DNA of 41,968 nt from a virus (IMGVR_UViG_3300027822_000024:1-41968); one strand, 5' to 3'; numbered from the stretch's first letter, positions 1-9,186 are shown. Notes: a model not told the origin generated them from the letters alone. Made by a program: numbers and translations.

Positions 1-401
1 CTTCCGATCTGTGCGTGCCATCTTTTTGCCCGTTTGTCCCACCTCACACCTGTTACGCCGGAAATACTGTTTTTATTGATTTTACAGTTCTGCATATTAC
101 AAGACCGAGTAACCTCTCTGAGATTTTTAATCTCATTATCGTTTCTGATCTGATTTTTATGATCAATCTGATGCTCAGGTAAATATCCATGAGTATATAG
201 CCAAGCCAATCTGTGTCCAAGATATTTTTTCTCGTCGATTTTGATTTGAATATATCCTTTCGGATGTAGTGTTCCTGCTATTTTCCCACTATGATAATCT
301 CGCCTCCCATCACTCCTTATTCGCTCTTTCCATGTAAATATCCCCGTCACTGGATCGTATTCCAGAACCTCCCTCAATCTTTCATACGTCAACTTTTTCA
401 T
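1..401 (-). CDS. HNH endonuclease with AP2 domain (3'-truncated by window edge)
   Basis: Manual translation from ATG at 401: MKKLTYERLREVLEYDPVTGIFTW...GHRLAWLYTHG...IDHKNQIRNDNEIKNLR...NMQN...SGVTGVRWDKRAKRWHAQI, open to base 1; paralog of 2146..2742 and 4386..4937. Confidence 0.9.
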   Translation of the reverse strand, partial: MKKLTYERLREVLEYDPVTGIFTWKERIRSDGRRDYHSGKIAGTLHPKGYIQIKIDEKKYLGHRLAWLYTHGYLPEHQIDHKNQIRNDNEIKNLREVTRSCNMQNCKINKNSISGVTGVRWDKRAKRWHAQIG

Positions 402-408
402 TTTATTT

Positions 409-951
409 TCAAGCTCCTTTTTTCAATTTCGCTTTCGCTTTCTCAATAAGCGCCAGTGTCTCGCTCTTTTTTCTGACAGGAATCGCAAAGGTTTTAAAGA
501 GTTTAGTTAAGGTGTTGTCACTGATACCAAGATCAATAGCTGTAGCCGCTCTCGTTATGTTGACCTCATACAGGTACAAGATAAGCTCCCTGAAATTCTC
601 GGGGATTTTTAAATTAGAATCAGAATCAGAATCAGGAGGATTTATAGAAAGCTCAAATAATTTCTCAGCAATTTTTTTCGCATATTTCATTTCATAAAGT
701 TTTTGGTGCCTAATCCTGGCACGTTCCCACTCTTTCGAGGGAGTAGACGAGTCAATTCCCAGTTTTGAATAATCTAAACTTTTGATATATTCAATCGCAT
801 CAGCATCGCCAATGCAAGCGCTTGCATATGCCGAGCGCGCCTCACACTTCAGGCATGTGAAACTCGACCGGTCAACTTGCCTGCAAATCTCACAGGGAGG
901 TGTTAACTTGTAAAGAATATCTTCGTCCGGTTTTTTTGGTTTAGACTTCAT
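409..951 (-). CDS. Putative Zn-binding, helix-turn-helix regulatory protein
   Basis: CEIC...CLKC cysteine pairs and a C-terminal HTH-like segment (TRAATAIDLGISDNTLTKLF). The ATG at 951 (MKSKPKK) follows a GGGAG RBS and is preferred over the track start at 990. Confidence 0.5.
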   Translation of the reverse strand: MKSKPKKPDEDILYKLTPPCEICRQVDRSSFTCLKCEARSAYASACIGDADAIEYIKSLDYSKLGIDSSTPSKEWERARIRHQKLYEMKYAKKIAEKLFELSINPPDSDSDSNLKIPENFRELILYLYEVNITRAATAIDLGISDNTLTKLFKTFAIPVRKKSETLALIEKAKAKLKKGA

Positions 952-1171
952 TTTGCGATCTCCCTGTTCCTGTTGCCTCAACAAGGACACATCTTGAAAT
1001 TCTTATAACTGGGTTAGCGGCATCCCATTCGTATGCCTCAAGCTTCTGGTCATCCGCAATACTTAATGTTACAGCCATGTCATTATCAAGGGAAGTCATA
1101 TCTATAAACTCCTCGCCCGTTGATTTCGATTTCCGGATTACTGCCCAAGGACTTTCCATACAAGATATCAT
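941..1171 (-). CDS. Hypothetical phage protein
   Basis: 76-aa ORF overlapping both neighbours in the co-directional cluster; AAGGAG upstream. Confidence 0.65.
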   Translation of the reverse strand: MISCMESPWAVIRKSKSTGEEFIDMTSLDNDMAVTLSIADDQKLEAYEWDAANPVIRISRCVLVEATGTGRSQNEV

Positions 1172-1545
1172 GATTCGATTTCTCCTTTTTGTTTCTTATT
1201 CACAATGCGTGCTTCAGCACCATAGTGTTTTATTATTAATTCATTTAAGGTTTCTTTTTCTTGCCGGTCTACGATATTTTGAATCCTAATTCTCTCTTTG
1301 ATCTCGTTTTCGGTTTCATCTCTATAATAATAAATGTTGATCGCTGCGTAAGTGTTACCACAGAAGTCCTCGCCGGACAGGCACACGACCGCCGTATCAA
1401 GGTAATCGCTGGGAATCTTCTTGAATTTGTTTTCAAACCACTCCAGAAAAAGGTGTGGTTCTTCCGGCGGCCAGTCTTTGCTGTCCTCCCAATTATCCTC
1501 GTAAACAGAAACGTACTTCTTCTTATTATTACTTTTACTTTCCAT
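1168..1545 (-). CDS. Hypothetical phage protein
   Basis: 125-aa ORF, GAGGAG RBS, tight packing. Confidence 0.75.
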   Translation of the reverse strand: MESKSNNKKKYVSVYEDNWEDSKDWPPEEPHLFLEWFENKFKKIPSDYLDTAVVCLSGEDFCGNTYAAINIYYYRDETENEIKERIRIQNIVDRQEKETLNELIIKHYGAEARIVNKKQKGEIES

Positions 1546-1759
1546 CGTTATCCTCCTCTAATTGAAATTGATCACGATCAAATATTAAACCTGAATCCTC
1601 GAACCGAATGGACATAAGGTTCGGATTATCTTTAAAAGTGTCTATCAAATACACACAACCTTTCAGCGTGATTGTAGTTGCAATTGCAATTGCAATTGCA
1701 GTATCTGTGTAGAAAGTAACCTTCTTACCTCTATCGGTATCTTGATTTTTATTTTCCAT
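1535..1759 (-). CDS. Hypothetical protein with possible single hydrophobic segment
   Basis: ATG at 1759 (MENKNQ) after GGAGG; AIAIATTITL hydrophobic stretch. Confidence 0.6.
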   Translation of the reverse strand: MENKNQDTDRGKKVTFYTDTAIAIAIATTITLKGCVYLIDTFKDNPNLMSIRFEDSGLIFDRDQFQLEEDNDGK

Positions 1760-2162
1760 AGTTATCCTCCACACTATAAACCTGCAACTTAGGTGAGTTA
1801 CTGGTAAGGGTAATTATCAATTTAATCGCTCTTGCGACCTCCTCCATACTTGACCATCCGCAAGCGCCATCCAGAATAATTTCGATGTCACACCCAGGCT
1901 TATATTTCTTTAACTTCGTATCTGTGTGTGTATTTATAAAAGTTAACCCATAGAAATCTGGAGTGTAAAGTTTTTTCAATCTGGAAGTGTAATTAAGGGT
2001 TAAGAAGTTACCGAGACAAGTACCCGCCAGATCATATCCTCCGCCCATACAGGAAGTGATTTTCTTATTGTTCTGCCACAAGCTACAGATGTCATAATTA
2101 TACGTATCTCTGGCCTTGGATATCGTCCATCTTAGATTAAAGCTACTATTGATTGTTTTCAT
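1749..2162 (-). CDS. Hypothetical protein, homologous to domains in 6090..6704 and 6701..7288
   Basis: GTCLGNFLTLNYTSRLKKL...GWSSMEEVARAIKL...KLQVYSVED aligns by eye with GSCLSHWLLSHYSSKLKRL...NWEGVKRIIKAFGL...DLKVYSITE. Confidence 0.75.
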   Translation of the reverse strand: MKTINSSFNLRWTISKARDTYNYDICSLWQNNKKITSCMGGGYDLAGTCLGNFLTLNYTSRLKKLYTPDFYGLTFINTHTDTKLKKYKPGCDIEIILDGACGWSSMEEVARAIKLIITLTSNSPKLQVYSVEDNYGK

Positions 2163-2742
2163 TTTGTTTTCCTCCTATTACAGTGACTTTTTGATTTATA
2201 TATTCCTGCGCTGACGACGCTACTGTGCAATCGAAATACTTTTGCTCGGCTGCGTATCTCGCTTTTGCAGCGTCGAGCCGGTTGTTGAAATAGCCGAGGT
2301 GGATATATTTTTTGTTTCTTGTTATATACGCTTGCCATTTCTTTGCTTTTCTACTCCAATAAACCCCCTTGATTCCGGAGGTATTGTTTTTGTTTATTTT
2401 ACAATTCTGCATGTTACACGCTTGCGAAGCTTCACGTAGATTTTTAATCCCATTAAAATTTTTGATTCGATTTTTATGATCTATCTGATGCTCCGGTATA
2501 TAACCCTGAGTATAAAGCCAGGCCAACCTGTGCCCGAAATAAAGTTTCCTATCAATCCTTATACTTATATATCCATTCGAATCGAGCGATCCAGCGACTT
2601 TTCCACTGCACTTGTTGCGCTTCCCATCTTTATTAAATCTTTCTTTCCACGTGAAGATTCCTGTTAACGGGTCATAGTTTAAAAGCTCACGGAGGCGCTC
2701 ATACGTTAATCTTTTTTTCATTTTCGTTTTCATCATCTCCAC
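2146..2742 (-). CDS. HNH endonuclease with AP2 domain
   Basis: HRLAWLY, IDHKNRIKNFNGIKNLR HNH motif, C-terminal SGIKGVYW...KWQAYI...HLGYF...AAKAR AP2-like domain. True start probably the MKKRLTYE Met. Confidence 0.92.
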   Translation of the reverse strand: MEMMKTKMKKRLTYERLRELLNYDPLTGIFTWKERFNKDGKRNKCSGKVAGSLDSNGYISIRIDRKLYFGHRLAWLYTQGYIPEHQIDHKNRIKNFNGIKNLREASQACNMQNCKINKNNTSGIKGVYWSRKAKKWQAYITRNKKYIHLGYFNNRLDAAKARYAAEQKYFDCTVASSAQEYINQKVTVIGGKQNENNQ

Positions 2743-3211
2743 CTACCACTAAATCGTAAATTAAAAAGTATTGCTCTACAAATCCCAACTCTATTTCGTT
2801 AACGCCGTCACGGCTTACCAAGACAACGGGCTCATCGTCTATCGCATTCACGCTTGCATAACGATTGTTATAACAAGCAAATAATGACCCGCTGTACTCG
2901 CTGCCTGGGCCGTGTGACCCCTCAAAATTTATAGGCGGTTCCGCTCCTTTGAGATCGTCCAATTCCCTATAAAATCCATAATTCGCCTCGTAACACACGA
3001 GGGTAATAGTCGGAGTCGGGACTGGTGGTGGCGTCGGCGCTGGCGGCTGTGTTAGTGTAGGGTCAGGTGTGACTTTAGGGACTGGGTTCTCGTTTATCTC
3101 GTCCCAGTAATCGTTTGCGTCTGCGTTTGTGTCTATGTTAAACATAATTTCGTTAACTCTATCCAAATCCTCTTTATCTATCGTCATTTCAAAATACGCT
3201 CGGTCTCCCAT
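2699..3211 (-). CDS. Hypothetical acidic protein with Pro/Thr-rich insert
   Basis: 170-aa ORF, AAGGAG RBS. Confidence 0.75.
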   Translation of the reverse strand: MGDRAYFEMTIDKEDLDRVNEIMFNIDTNADANDYWDEINENPVPKVTPDPTLTQPPAPTPPPVPTPTITLVCYEANYGFYRELDDLKGAEPPINFEGSHGPGSEYSGSLFACYNNRYASVNAIDDEPVVLVSRDGVNEIELGFVEQYFLIYDLVVGGDDENENEKKINV

Positions 3212-3293
3212 GATTATTTATCTCCTTATTGTGTTTTTGTTTTTGTTTTAGTTTTGTTTTAGTTTTTGTTTTTGTTTTAGTTTTAGTTTTGTT

Positions 3294-3503
3294 TTAGTTT
3301 TGTTTTAGTTTTTTAATTAAAATATAATTGTACCACACATAACTATGCCAGCACTCATTATGCTTAAATTGATTTTGTATAGAATAAATATTCGTTATTC
3401 TATGACCTAATAAATCAGCCCGGATGTGAGCTTCCTCCGTTACCTCAATCTTGTTCCTTTTATCAGTTCTAACCCATAAATCGTTCGATAATTTTGATTT
3501 CAT
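3294..3503 (-). CDS. Hypothetical protein
   Basis: 69-aa ORF with AAAGGA upstream; 3' end runs into a simple repeat. Confidence 0.5.
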   Translation of the reverse strand: MKSKLSNDLWVRTDKRNKIEVTEEAHIRADLLGHRITNIYSIQNQFKHNECWHSYVWYNYILIKKLKQN

Positions 3504-3521
3504 TCGCTTACGTTTCCTTTT

Positions 3522-3695
3522 TTAATTGCGATTGCGATTATGGTAACGATTGCGATAACGATGTCTATTTAGGATCTCCTTTGCCTCGTCTTTCGTCATA
3601 CCGCCCATGATCGATGCTCCGATGTCCGACATCTTTAACGTTTGCTTTGCGATTTTTATTTGATGTGATTGGAAGATATCTGCGTTAATATTCAT
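3522..3695 (-). CDS. Small hypothetical protein, 57 aa (not in ORF track)
   Basis: MNINADIFQSHQIKIAKQTLKMSDIGASIMGGMTKDEAKEILNRHRYRNRYHNRNRN*; AGGAGA upstream; fills the gap between neighbours. Confidence 0.7.
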   Translation of the reverse strand: MNINADIFQSHQIKIAKQTLKMSDIGASIMGGMTKDEAKEILNRHRYRNRYHNRNRN

Positions 3696-3735
3696 TATGG
3701 TTTTCTCTCCTGTATTTTTAATATTAATATTAATA

Positions 3736-4389
3736 TTAATGTAGATTGAAAAATACGTGGCGATTTCCGGCCATGCTCCAGCAGTGGAGGCAAGTATCGC
3801 ACTTTCCCGTACAATGGAAGGCGTTCGTCGGGATTCTCGTCTCTGAATTGTCTTTCGGTTGCATCCATGCCATCGGGAACCTTGTGGTTTCCGTTCTAAG
3901 CTCTCTATCGAACTCGTCTCCTGGCCATCTTGAGAAGATTATCTTCAGGTTCGGAACTGTAGAAGAGAACGAGGGAGAGGGCTCCTGCGCTTCCGAATCC
4001 CACCACATATCTGAAAAATCAAATCCAAACTGCTTTGTGAAACACATAAAAGCCGTGTTATTGTTATTCTTTGCTGTTGCTATTATATTACTTAGATATC
4101 GCTGGTCAGGGATATCGCCAGCCACATGCCAGCGAAAGTGCGTTGGCTGCTTGTATTGTAGATAACCATTGATTCTCTTGAAGTAATCTGCTGGGTCTTT
4201 TTTATAGTGGTTAAAATTACGATCCCACGCTCTTCTTGTTGAAGGATATTGGACATAGGATTGCCTCGCATAACATTGATTCAGACATGGTGGGGTCGGG
4301 TCTTGCTTACAGGACAGACCTGGAGGAAGACTAATGCTTGGAATCGCCCCCATCTTTGAATTACCTTTTGAGATTGAGATCGGGATCAT
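3736..4389 (-). CDS. Gp88-like cysteine-rich phage protein (possible Fe-S protein)
   Basis: GNSKMG, C-x7-C-x3-CYA, FRWHVAGD, C-terminal CTGKCDTCLHCW motifs. Confidence 0.75.
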   Translation of the reverse strand: MIPISISKGNSKMGAIPSISLPPGLSCKQDPTPPCLNQCYARQSYVQYPSTRRAWDRNFNHYKKDPADYFKRINGYLQYKQPTHFRWHVAGDIPDQRYLSNIIATAKNNNNTAFMCFTKQFGFDFSDMWWDSEAQEPSPSFSSTVPNLKIIFSRWPGDEFDRELRTETTRFPMAWMQPKDNSETRIPTNAFHCTGKCDTCLHCWSMAGNRHVFFNLH

Positions 4390-4937
4390 GGTTGTATCTC
4401 CTTTTCGGTTTCGATTATATATTTTTCAGCTGATGATATTACTGTACATGTGAAATGTTCTTTTTCTGCTGCAAGTCTCGCTCTTGCGGCATCGAGTTGA
4501 TTATTGAACCTGCCGAGGTTGACCTGCTTGTTATTTTTTGTTATTTGTGCTTCCCATTTACTTCTTTTTTTGTCCCAACTAACACCTGTAATTCCGGAGG
4601 TGTTCCTTGTGCTGATTTTTTGGTTCTGCATATTACATATCCGACTCGCCTCACGCAAGTTCTTGATTTCATTATCATTTTTGATTTGATTTTTGTGATC
4701 TATCTCGTTTTCGGGCATGTAACCGTGAACGAAAAAATAAGCGAGACGATGAGCAAGATACAATTTGCCATCGATTCTAATGTAGAGATATCCACTCGGA
4801 TGAAGCGATCCAGCGACTTTTCCGTTATGGGGGTTGCGCTTTCCATCTTTGTTTATTCGTTCTTTCCAAGTGAACACGCCTGTTAACGGATCGTAATTTA
4901 AAAGCTCGTGCAAGCGTTCATAAGTAAGAGTTTTCAT
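4386..4937 (-). CDS. HNH endonuclease with AP2 domain
   Basis: AHRLAY, IDHKNQIKNDNEIKNLR, SGITGVSW...KWEAQI...NLGRF. Confidence 0.92.
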   Translation of the reverse strand: MKTLTYERLHELLNYDPLTGVFTWKERINKDGKRNPHNGKVAGSLHPSGYLYIRIDGKLYLAHRLAYFFVHGYMPENEIDHKNQIKNDNEIKNLREASRICNMQNQKISTRNTSGITGVSWDKKRSKWEAQITKNNKQVNLGRFNNQLDAARARLAAEKEHFTCTVISSAEKYIIETEKEIQP

Positions 4938-5296
4938 GGATATATCTCCTCGATTTCGATTGAACGCTTGCTAAGGTCAAGAGTGTAAAGAAATTCAATG
5001 TCCCCGTGCCTTTCTGGAGGGCATGGTTCAAATGACCCGCATTTCCAATCGTTATAGGATTTCGATTTTGATTTAAAATGTTGGTCAGGATATTTTACAT
5101 CGTATTCTTCCGCTCCGATTAAGACCAACCAGCCGCTGGCCTGCATGGTGTTGTCCCTGATTTGACCGGTTTTTACCAAATCCATGAACTTATTTAATAG
5201 GGGAAGTGTTCCTTCCGGATATCCGTCATGGTGCCGGTAAAACCAAAGCTCATCATTGTAGTTATCTTTTATTATTATCTGGCATCTTGTTGACAT
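4934..5296 (-). CDS. Hypothetical phage protein (MSTR...HxDGYP family)
   Basis: MSTRCQI, YRHHDGYPEG, HGDIEFLY motifs typical of a common uncharacterised phage family; AAGGAG RBS. Confidence 0.8.
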   Translation of the reverse strand: MSTRCQIIIKDNYNDELWFYRHHDGYPEGTLPLLNKFMDLVKTGQIRDNTMQASGWLVLIGAEEYDVKYPDQHFKSKSKSYNDWKCGSFEPCPPERHGDIEFLYTLDLSKRSIEIEEIYP

Positions 5297-5320
5297 AATG
5301 TTATCTCCTTTTTGTTTTTA

Positions 5321-5334
5321 CACTAACGTTAGTG
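5321..5334. promoter_or_regulatory. Palindromic operator-like site CACTAACGTTAGTG (copy 1 of 5)
   Basis: Perfect 14-bp palindrome, intergenic, recurring at 7388, 8437, 9235 and 9513. Confidence 0.65.
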
Positions 5335-5343
5335 TTAGTGCAT

Positions 5344-6042
5344 TTATGAAATTACGGTTGCGCTTTCGTTTTCGCTTTCCAGCGATCGTAATGGCGCTAT
5401 TAAAGCAAGGCGGAAAGTGCTATTGCTGTGGTTGCTGTGGTTGCTGTGGTTTTCTGGTGAAACGAAACAAAACAGCGGGACAGGTTTCGCCTCGATATAT
5501 TTGAAAAAGAAAAGCGCTGGAAATATGCTTGGCGAGGCCGGCGCTGGAGCGAGTACATTGTTGAGAAAGTTGATGTTTATTATTATAGAGTTAGAAGATG
5601 GAGGGGGAGATGCTATTACCTGCTTAAAACAAAAGGACAGGTACTGGCTGAAGGGTTTGTAACTTCTGTATTTCAATGCAAGAGGTTCATAATCAAGTGT
5701 ATCTGACTGTGTAAGCTTAGAAGGCGTGAGCGAAGATAGTGATGGTATAGAATCCTTTTCTGTTGAAATTAAATCCTCAAGACGAAAGGGAGTTTTGTTC
5801 GGATTCGGATTTGAATTCAATTGGATTTCGATTTCGTTTTTGTTGTTCTTTTTTAAGATATAATCCCCTGGTTTGATTAAGTCAGGATCTGAATTTAATA
5901 CCCTATGCGAAACCGCAGGTGTCACTGTGTCCATAAAGTGACTGGATACTTGGATTATGGTGTCATTAGCTCTTTTCTGTTGCAATAGGAATTTAAGATC
6001 ACTGAATAAACGGGCTGTCGCTGGTTTTCTTTTTATTATCAT
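5344..6042 (-). CDS. Hypothetical protein
   Basis: 232-aa ORF, AAGGAG RBS, several low-complexity inserts. Confidence 0.65.
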   Translation of the reverse strand: MIIKRKPATARLFSDLKFLLQQKRANDTIIQVSSHFMDTVTPAVSHRVLNSDPDLIKPGDYILKKNNKNEIEIQLNSNPNPNKTPFRLEDLISTEKDSIPSLSSLTPSKLTQSDTLDYEPLALKYRSYKPFSQYLSFCFKQVIASPPPSSNSIIININFLNNVLAPAPASPSIFPALFFFKYIEAKPVPLFCFVSPENHSNHSNHSNSTFRLALIAPLRSLESENESATVIS

Positions 6043-6089
6043 TGGTTACTCCTTTTATTGTTATTGTTATTGTTATTGTCTGATTCAGA

Positions 6090-6704
6090 TTAAGGAACCA
6101 TTTTCTTAGAAAATACCTTGTTGAAGGGTAAACATCCGACATAAAATAAATTCACTTTAACATTAAATGCCTTTAGCTCCTTGTTTTTAGATTTAAGCTG
6201 GAGTTGGCGTCTGGTTATTCTTAATTGCTGGTTATTGTAAAATTTTTTTGCTCTTGCTCTTTCCTCCGATTCGATTCTGGCAATGGAGGCAGCTTTAGCT
6301 ATAGCTTTAAATGCCCTTGATTTTTTGGCCTTGTTCCTGGCCTTGTTCCTGGCCTTGGTTAAGGTTAGAGCCAAGGCTTTGACAGCGGTTGCCGACTTCA
6401 GTTTATCAGTAACACTGTAAGTCATATGTTTTTTATTTTTTGACTCATGGGTTAACTTGATGGTTAACCCAATTGCCTTGGCTGTTGCGATTGCTGTTGT
6501 TGCGATTTCAGATGGTCTTGGTTCTGGGTTGGGTTCGGGAAGATCGCATAGACGATCCTCATAATTATAAAGTAACCACTGGCTGATGCACCCGGCAGGG
6601 TAATGGCAGAAAATTGTGCTGGTACTGGTACCGGTACCGGTACCTGATTTCTCCCATAGAGTGTATTTGTTAGACGAGATGCGCTTAATGTAGATAGTTT
6701 TCAT
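6090..6704 (-). CDS. Hypothetical protein, paralogous N-terminal domain plus basic helical tail
   Basis: IYIKRISSNKYTLWEKSG...CISQWLL...LTHESK aligns with the second half of 6701..7288. Confidence 0.75.
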   Translation of the reverse strand: MKTIYIKRISSNKYTLWEKSGTGTGTSTSTIFCHYPAGCISQWLLYNYEDRLCDLPEPNPEPRPSEIATTAIATAKAIGLTIKLTHESKNKKHMTYSVTDKLKSATAVKALALTLTKARNKARNKAKKSRAFKAIAKAASIARIESEERARAKKFYNNQQLRITRRQLQLKSKNKELKAFNVKVNLFYVGCLPFNKVFSKKMVP

Positions 6705-7288
6705 TTCGTTTTCCTTTTATACAGATTATCGATGACGTGATATGTTGCCTTTGTTTTATCTTTCGATTCATGGGTTAACGTCATGTTCAGGTCGAAGGCT
6801 GCCGCTGTTACTTGCTCCACTAATGGTATGGAATTGGAATTGGAATTAAAATCAAAATCGGATATCCTATACTCACGGAGCAACCATTGTTTTAAACATT
6901 CTATGGGAGAGGAAGCGGTAATTGTGCTGCCTGTACCGCCTGTACTGCCTGACTTTACCCATAAAACGTAATTTTTGGGTGATAAACATTTGATATAGAG
7001 AATGCGGTTTCTTTTTATTTCAGTTATACTATAAACTTTTAAATCTCCTGACCTATGGATTTCTCTGACATTCAATCCAAAAGCTTTTATTATTCTTTTC
7101 ACACCCTCCCAATTATAATGGTAATCGTCTATGAGAAGGCGTTTTAATTTAGACGAATAATGGGAAAGCAACCAATGTGATAAGCAAGAACCTTTCTTTT
7201 TACGGCAAAAGGTATTTGCTTTGTCGTTTTCCCACCAAGTTAAATAACGTCTCGGGTGGGATAACTTTTCTATACTAAACGTTTTCAT
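6701..7288 (-). CDS. Hypothetical protein with two tandem copies of the same domain
   Basis: Internal duplication (CLSHWLL / CLKQWLL). Confidence 0.75.
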   Translation of the reverse strand: MKTFSIEKLSHPRRYLTWWENDKANTFCRKKKGSCLSHWLLSHYSSKLKRLLIDDYHYNWEGVKRIIKAFGLNVREIHRSGDLKVYSITEIKRNRILYIKCLSPKNYVLWVKSGSTGGTGSTITASSPIECLKQWLLREYRISDFDFNSNSNSIPLVEQVTAAAFDLNMTLTHESKDKTKATYHVIDNLYKRKTK

Positions 7289-7387
7289 TTGCGTTTTCCT
7301 TTCAAAAACGATACTGATTTCAAATTGGTTTCAATTTGAAATCGAAATCGAAATCAGAATCGAAAGACTGATTTCGATTTTGATAAG

Positions 7388-7402
7388 CACTAACTGTTAG
7401 TG
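7388..7402. promoter_or_regulatory. Operator-like palindrome variant CACTAAC-T-GTTAGTG (copy 2)
   Basis: Same half-sites with a 1-bp central insertion. Confidence 0.55.
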
Positions 7403-7516
7403 CGATTCTTGCAGCTATGTAAAAAAAGTTATAATCTGGGAAATAAAATACCCAGGACGAGGCGTTTTCGCTGTCTGGGAGAGATAATTTTCTACAAATT
7501 AAAAAGCGCTTTTTTG

Positions 7517-7529
7517 TAACCTATTGATA
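7517..7529 (-). promoter_or_regulatory. Candidate IHF site
   Basis: Minus strand TATCAATAGGTTA matches WATCAANNNNTTR exactly, in an AT-rich intergenic region. Confidence 0.45.
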
Positions 7530-7789
7530 TAACAGGGCATTCTCTTTTCTGTTATTTTTCATTTTTTTGGCTTATGGACAAATCACTGAGCGTGCACTTT
7601 TTTTTTCAACGTTTGTGAATTAGACCTTAAATTGTAGAAAAAAGTAAAAAGGCGGAATCCAGGTTTAACGGATTTACATTGTATATACATATTCTGTTCT
7701 ATTTCTATAAAATATAGTATAATATATAATAATAAGTAGAACAGTAATGGGCAAGAGCCCCAAAACCCCCGACATTAGGAGTAAACTCA

Positions 7790-8131
7790 ATGACTTATCC
7801 CAGGTCAGAACTCGAATCCTCAAGCATTTTAGCCAAGCTCCGGAGTATGGAGCTTGAATTTTGCCGTAAATCTGTAGCCTGTACCCAGGCCACGGATGCG
7901 GAAACCTTCTTTAATCTGTCTCGTAAGGCATCTGAAGCGGCTGAAAAGCTTAATGATTCCAGTAAAGTAGAGTCCTGTTGGATCTACTTGTCCTTTATAA
8001 GCCGTTTCGATTACTCTAAACTCTATACGGAATACTGCGAGTTTTGCGCAAGGAACGGCCTCGCTTCTGTAAATAGTCAGGACTATGACACGGCGCTTTC
8101 CTTTATCCAGGATTATAATGTGCCCGTATAG
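7790..8131 (+). CDS. Hypothetical protein, lone plus-strand gene in the left arm
   Basis: 113 aa, AGGAG RBS, flanked by non-coding DNA. Confidence 0.7.
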   Translation: MTYPRSELESSSILAKLRSMELEFCRKSVACTQATDAETFFNLSRKASEAAEKLNDSSKVESCWIYLSFISRFDYSKLYTEYCEFCARNGLASVNSQDYDTALSFIQDYNVPV

Positions 8132-8193
8132 ACACGCATAATGCTCTATTATATAATATAATCCGTTAAAAATTTAAAAAAAATGAAAAATTC

Positions 8194-8454
8194 GTGACAA
8201 ATAACGAGATTTGTTACCAGTGACAGAGCCGTTATAAATAACGGAGCCGTTATAAATAACAGGTTTGTTACCAGTAACCTGACCTGATTAGTCAGGGTGC
8301 TGACCTGATTAGTCAGGGCGCTGTTTGCTCTATAAAAACTTGAAAATCTAAAGATAACATGGAAGTTTTCCGTGTTATTTTTAGATTTTCAAATTTTCAG
8401 ATTATTTTTTTTCTGAAAATTTGAAAATCGTTAATGCACTAACGTTAGTGCATT
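8194..8454. repeat. Cluster of direct and inverted repeats including operator copy 3 (8437-8450)
   Basis: GAGCCGTTATAAATAAC x2, CTGACCTGATTAGTCAGGG x2, a ~30-bp-arm hairpin 8335-8397, an 18-bp-arm hairpin 8384-8429, and the 22-bp palindrome AATGCACTAACGTTAGTGCATT. Confidence 0.85.
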
Positions 8455-8456
8455 TT

Positions 8457-9125
8457 TTACTCATCGGATGAAATAAGCCGTGTTAATGTCCTTGCGGCTT
8501 CATAGATTACCGCATCTTCTTTGTAAGTTTTTACCATGAGGGCTTGCAATTGCTTTACACATACGTCTTTGTCATACTTTGCGATTTTTGGATTAGGATC
8601 TACAGGAGGATCTACCGGAGGATCTGCCGGAGGATCTGCCGGAGGATCTGCCGGAGGATTATTTTTATCTTTTTTTCGCTTGTTCCTCATGTCAAGCGCA
8701 CTTACCAGGCGGTTTATTTCTGGAAGCAAAGACTTTGTCTTGGAGCTGGTTGGCGACAATGGAGCGCCAGCTTTATTTAAAGGCCAAAGCTCTGGTACTT
8801 TGTACCCTTCAGACCACAGCAACATGAAAAACTCTGAAACTTTTAGTCCGGTATTCTTAATCAATTCAATTTTTTCTGTAGTTCGGCTTATAGCTCTGTC
8901 TTCAGCCTTGAAAGCTGTCAAGTACGCTTTGTATAAAGGCGTTGCTTTTACTGCCTTATCCTTGTCTGCCTTGTCTTTTACTGCCTTGTCTTTTGCAGCC
9001 TTATCTTTTGCTGCCTTGTCTTTTACTGCCTTATCTTTTGCTGCCTTGTTATCGGCTTTAATCTTTTTTATGATATCCGCATTCTCTTTGATTTCTTTTT
9101 TGTTTTTAATTACTTTGATATCCAT
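8457..9125 (-). CDS. Basic repeat-containing hypothetical protein
   Basis: 222 aa with (KDKAA/V) and (PPAD/PPVD) repeats; GGGGGAG RBS and strong promoter upstream. Confidence 0.8.
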   Translation of the reverse strand: MDIKVIKNKKEIKENADIIKKIKADNKAAKDKAVKDKAAKDKAAKDKAVKDKADKDKAVKATPLYKAYLTAFKAEDRAISRTTEKIELIKNTGLKVSEFFMLLWSEGYKVPELWPLNKAGAPLSPTSSKTKSLLPEINRLVSALDMRNKRKKDKNNPPADPPADPPADPPVDPPVDPNPKIAKYDKDVCVKQLQALMVKTYKEDAVIYEAARTLTRLISSDE

Positions 9126-9186
9126 TGTTTGCTCCCCCTTAATTATTTATTTATTTATTTAGTTTATCCCTTAAGCTTTGACTATT

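Noticed and set aside
8536-9162. Long antisense ORFs (also 15145..15909, 13442..13912, 3746..4165 and similar)
   Set aside because: Shadow frames of better supported genes on the opposite strand.
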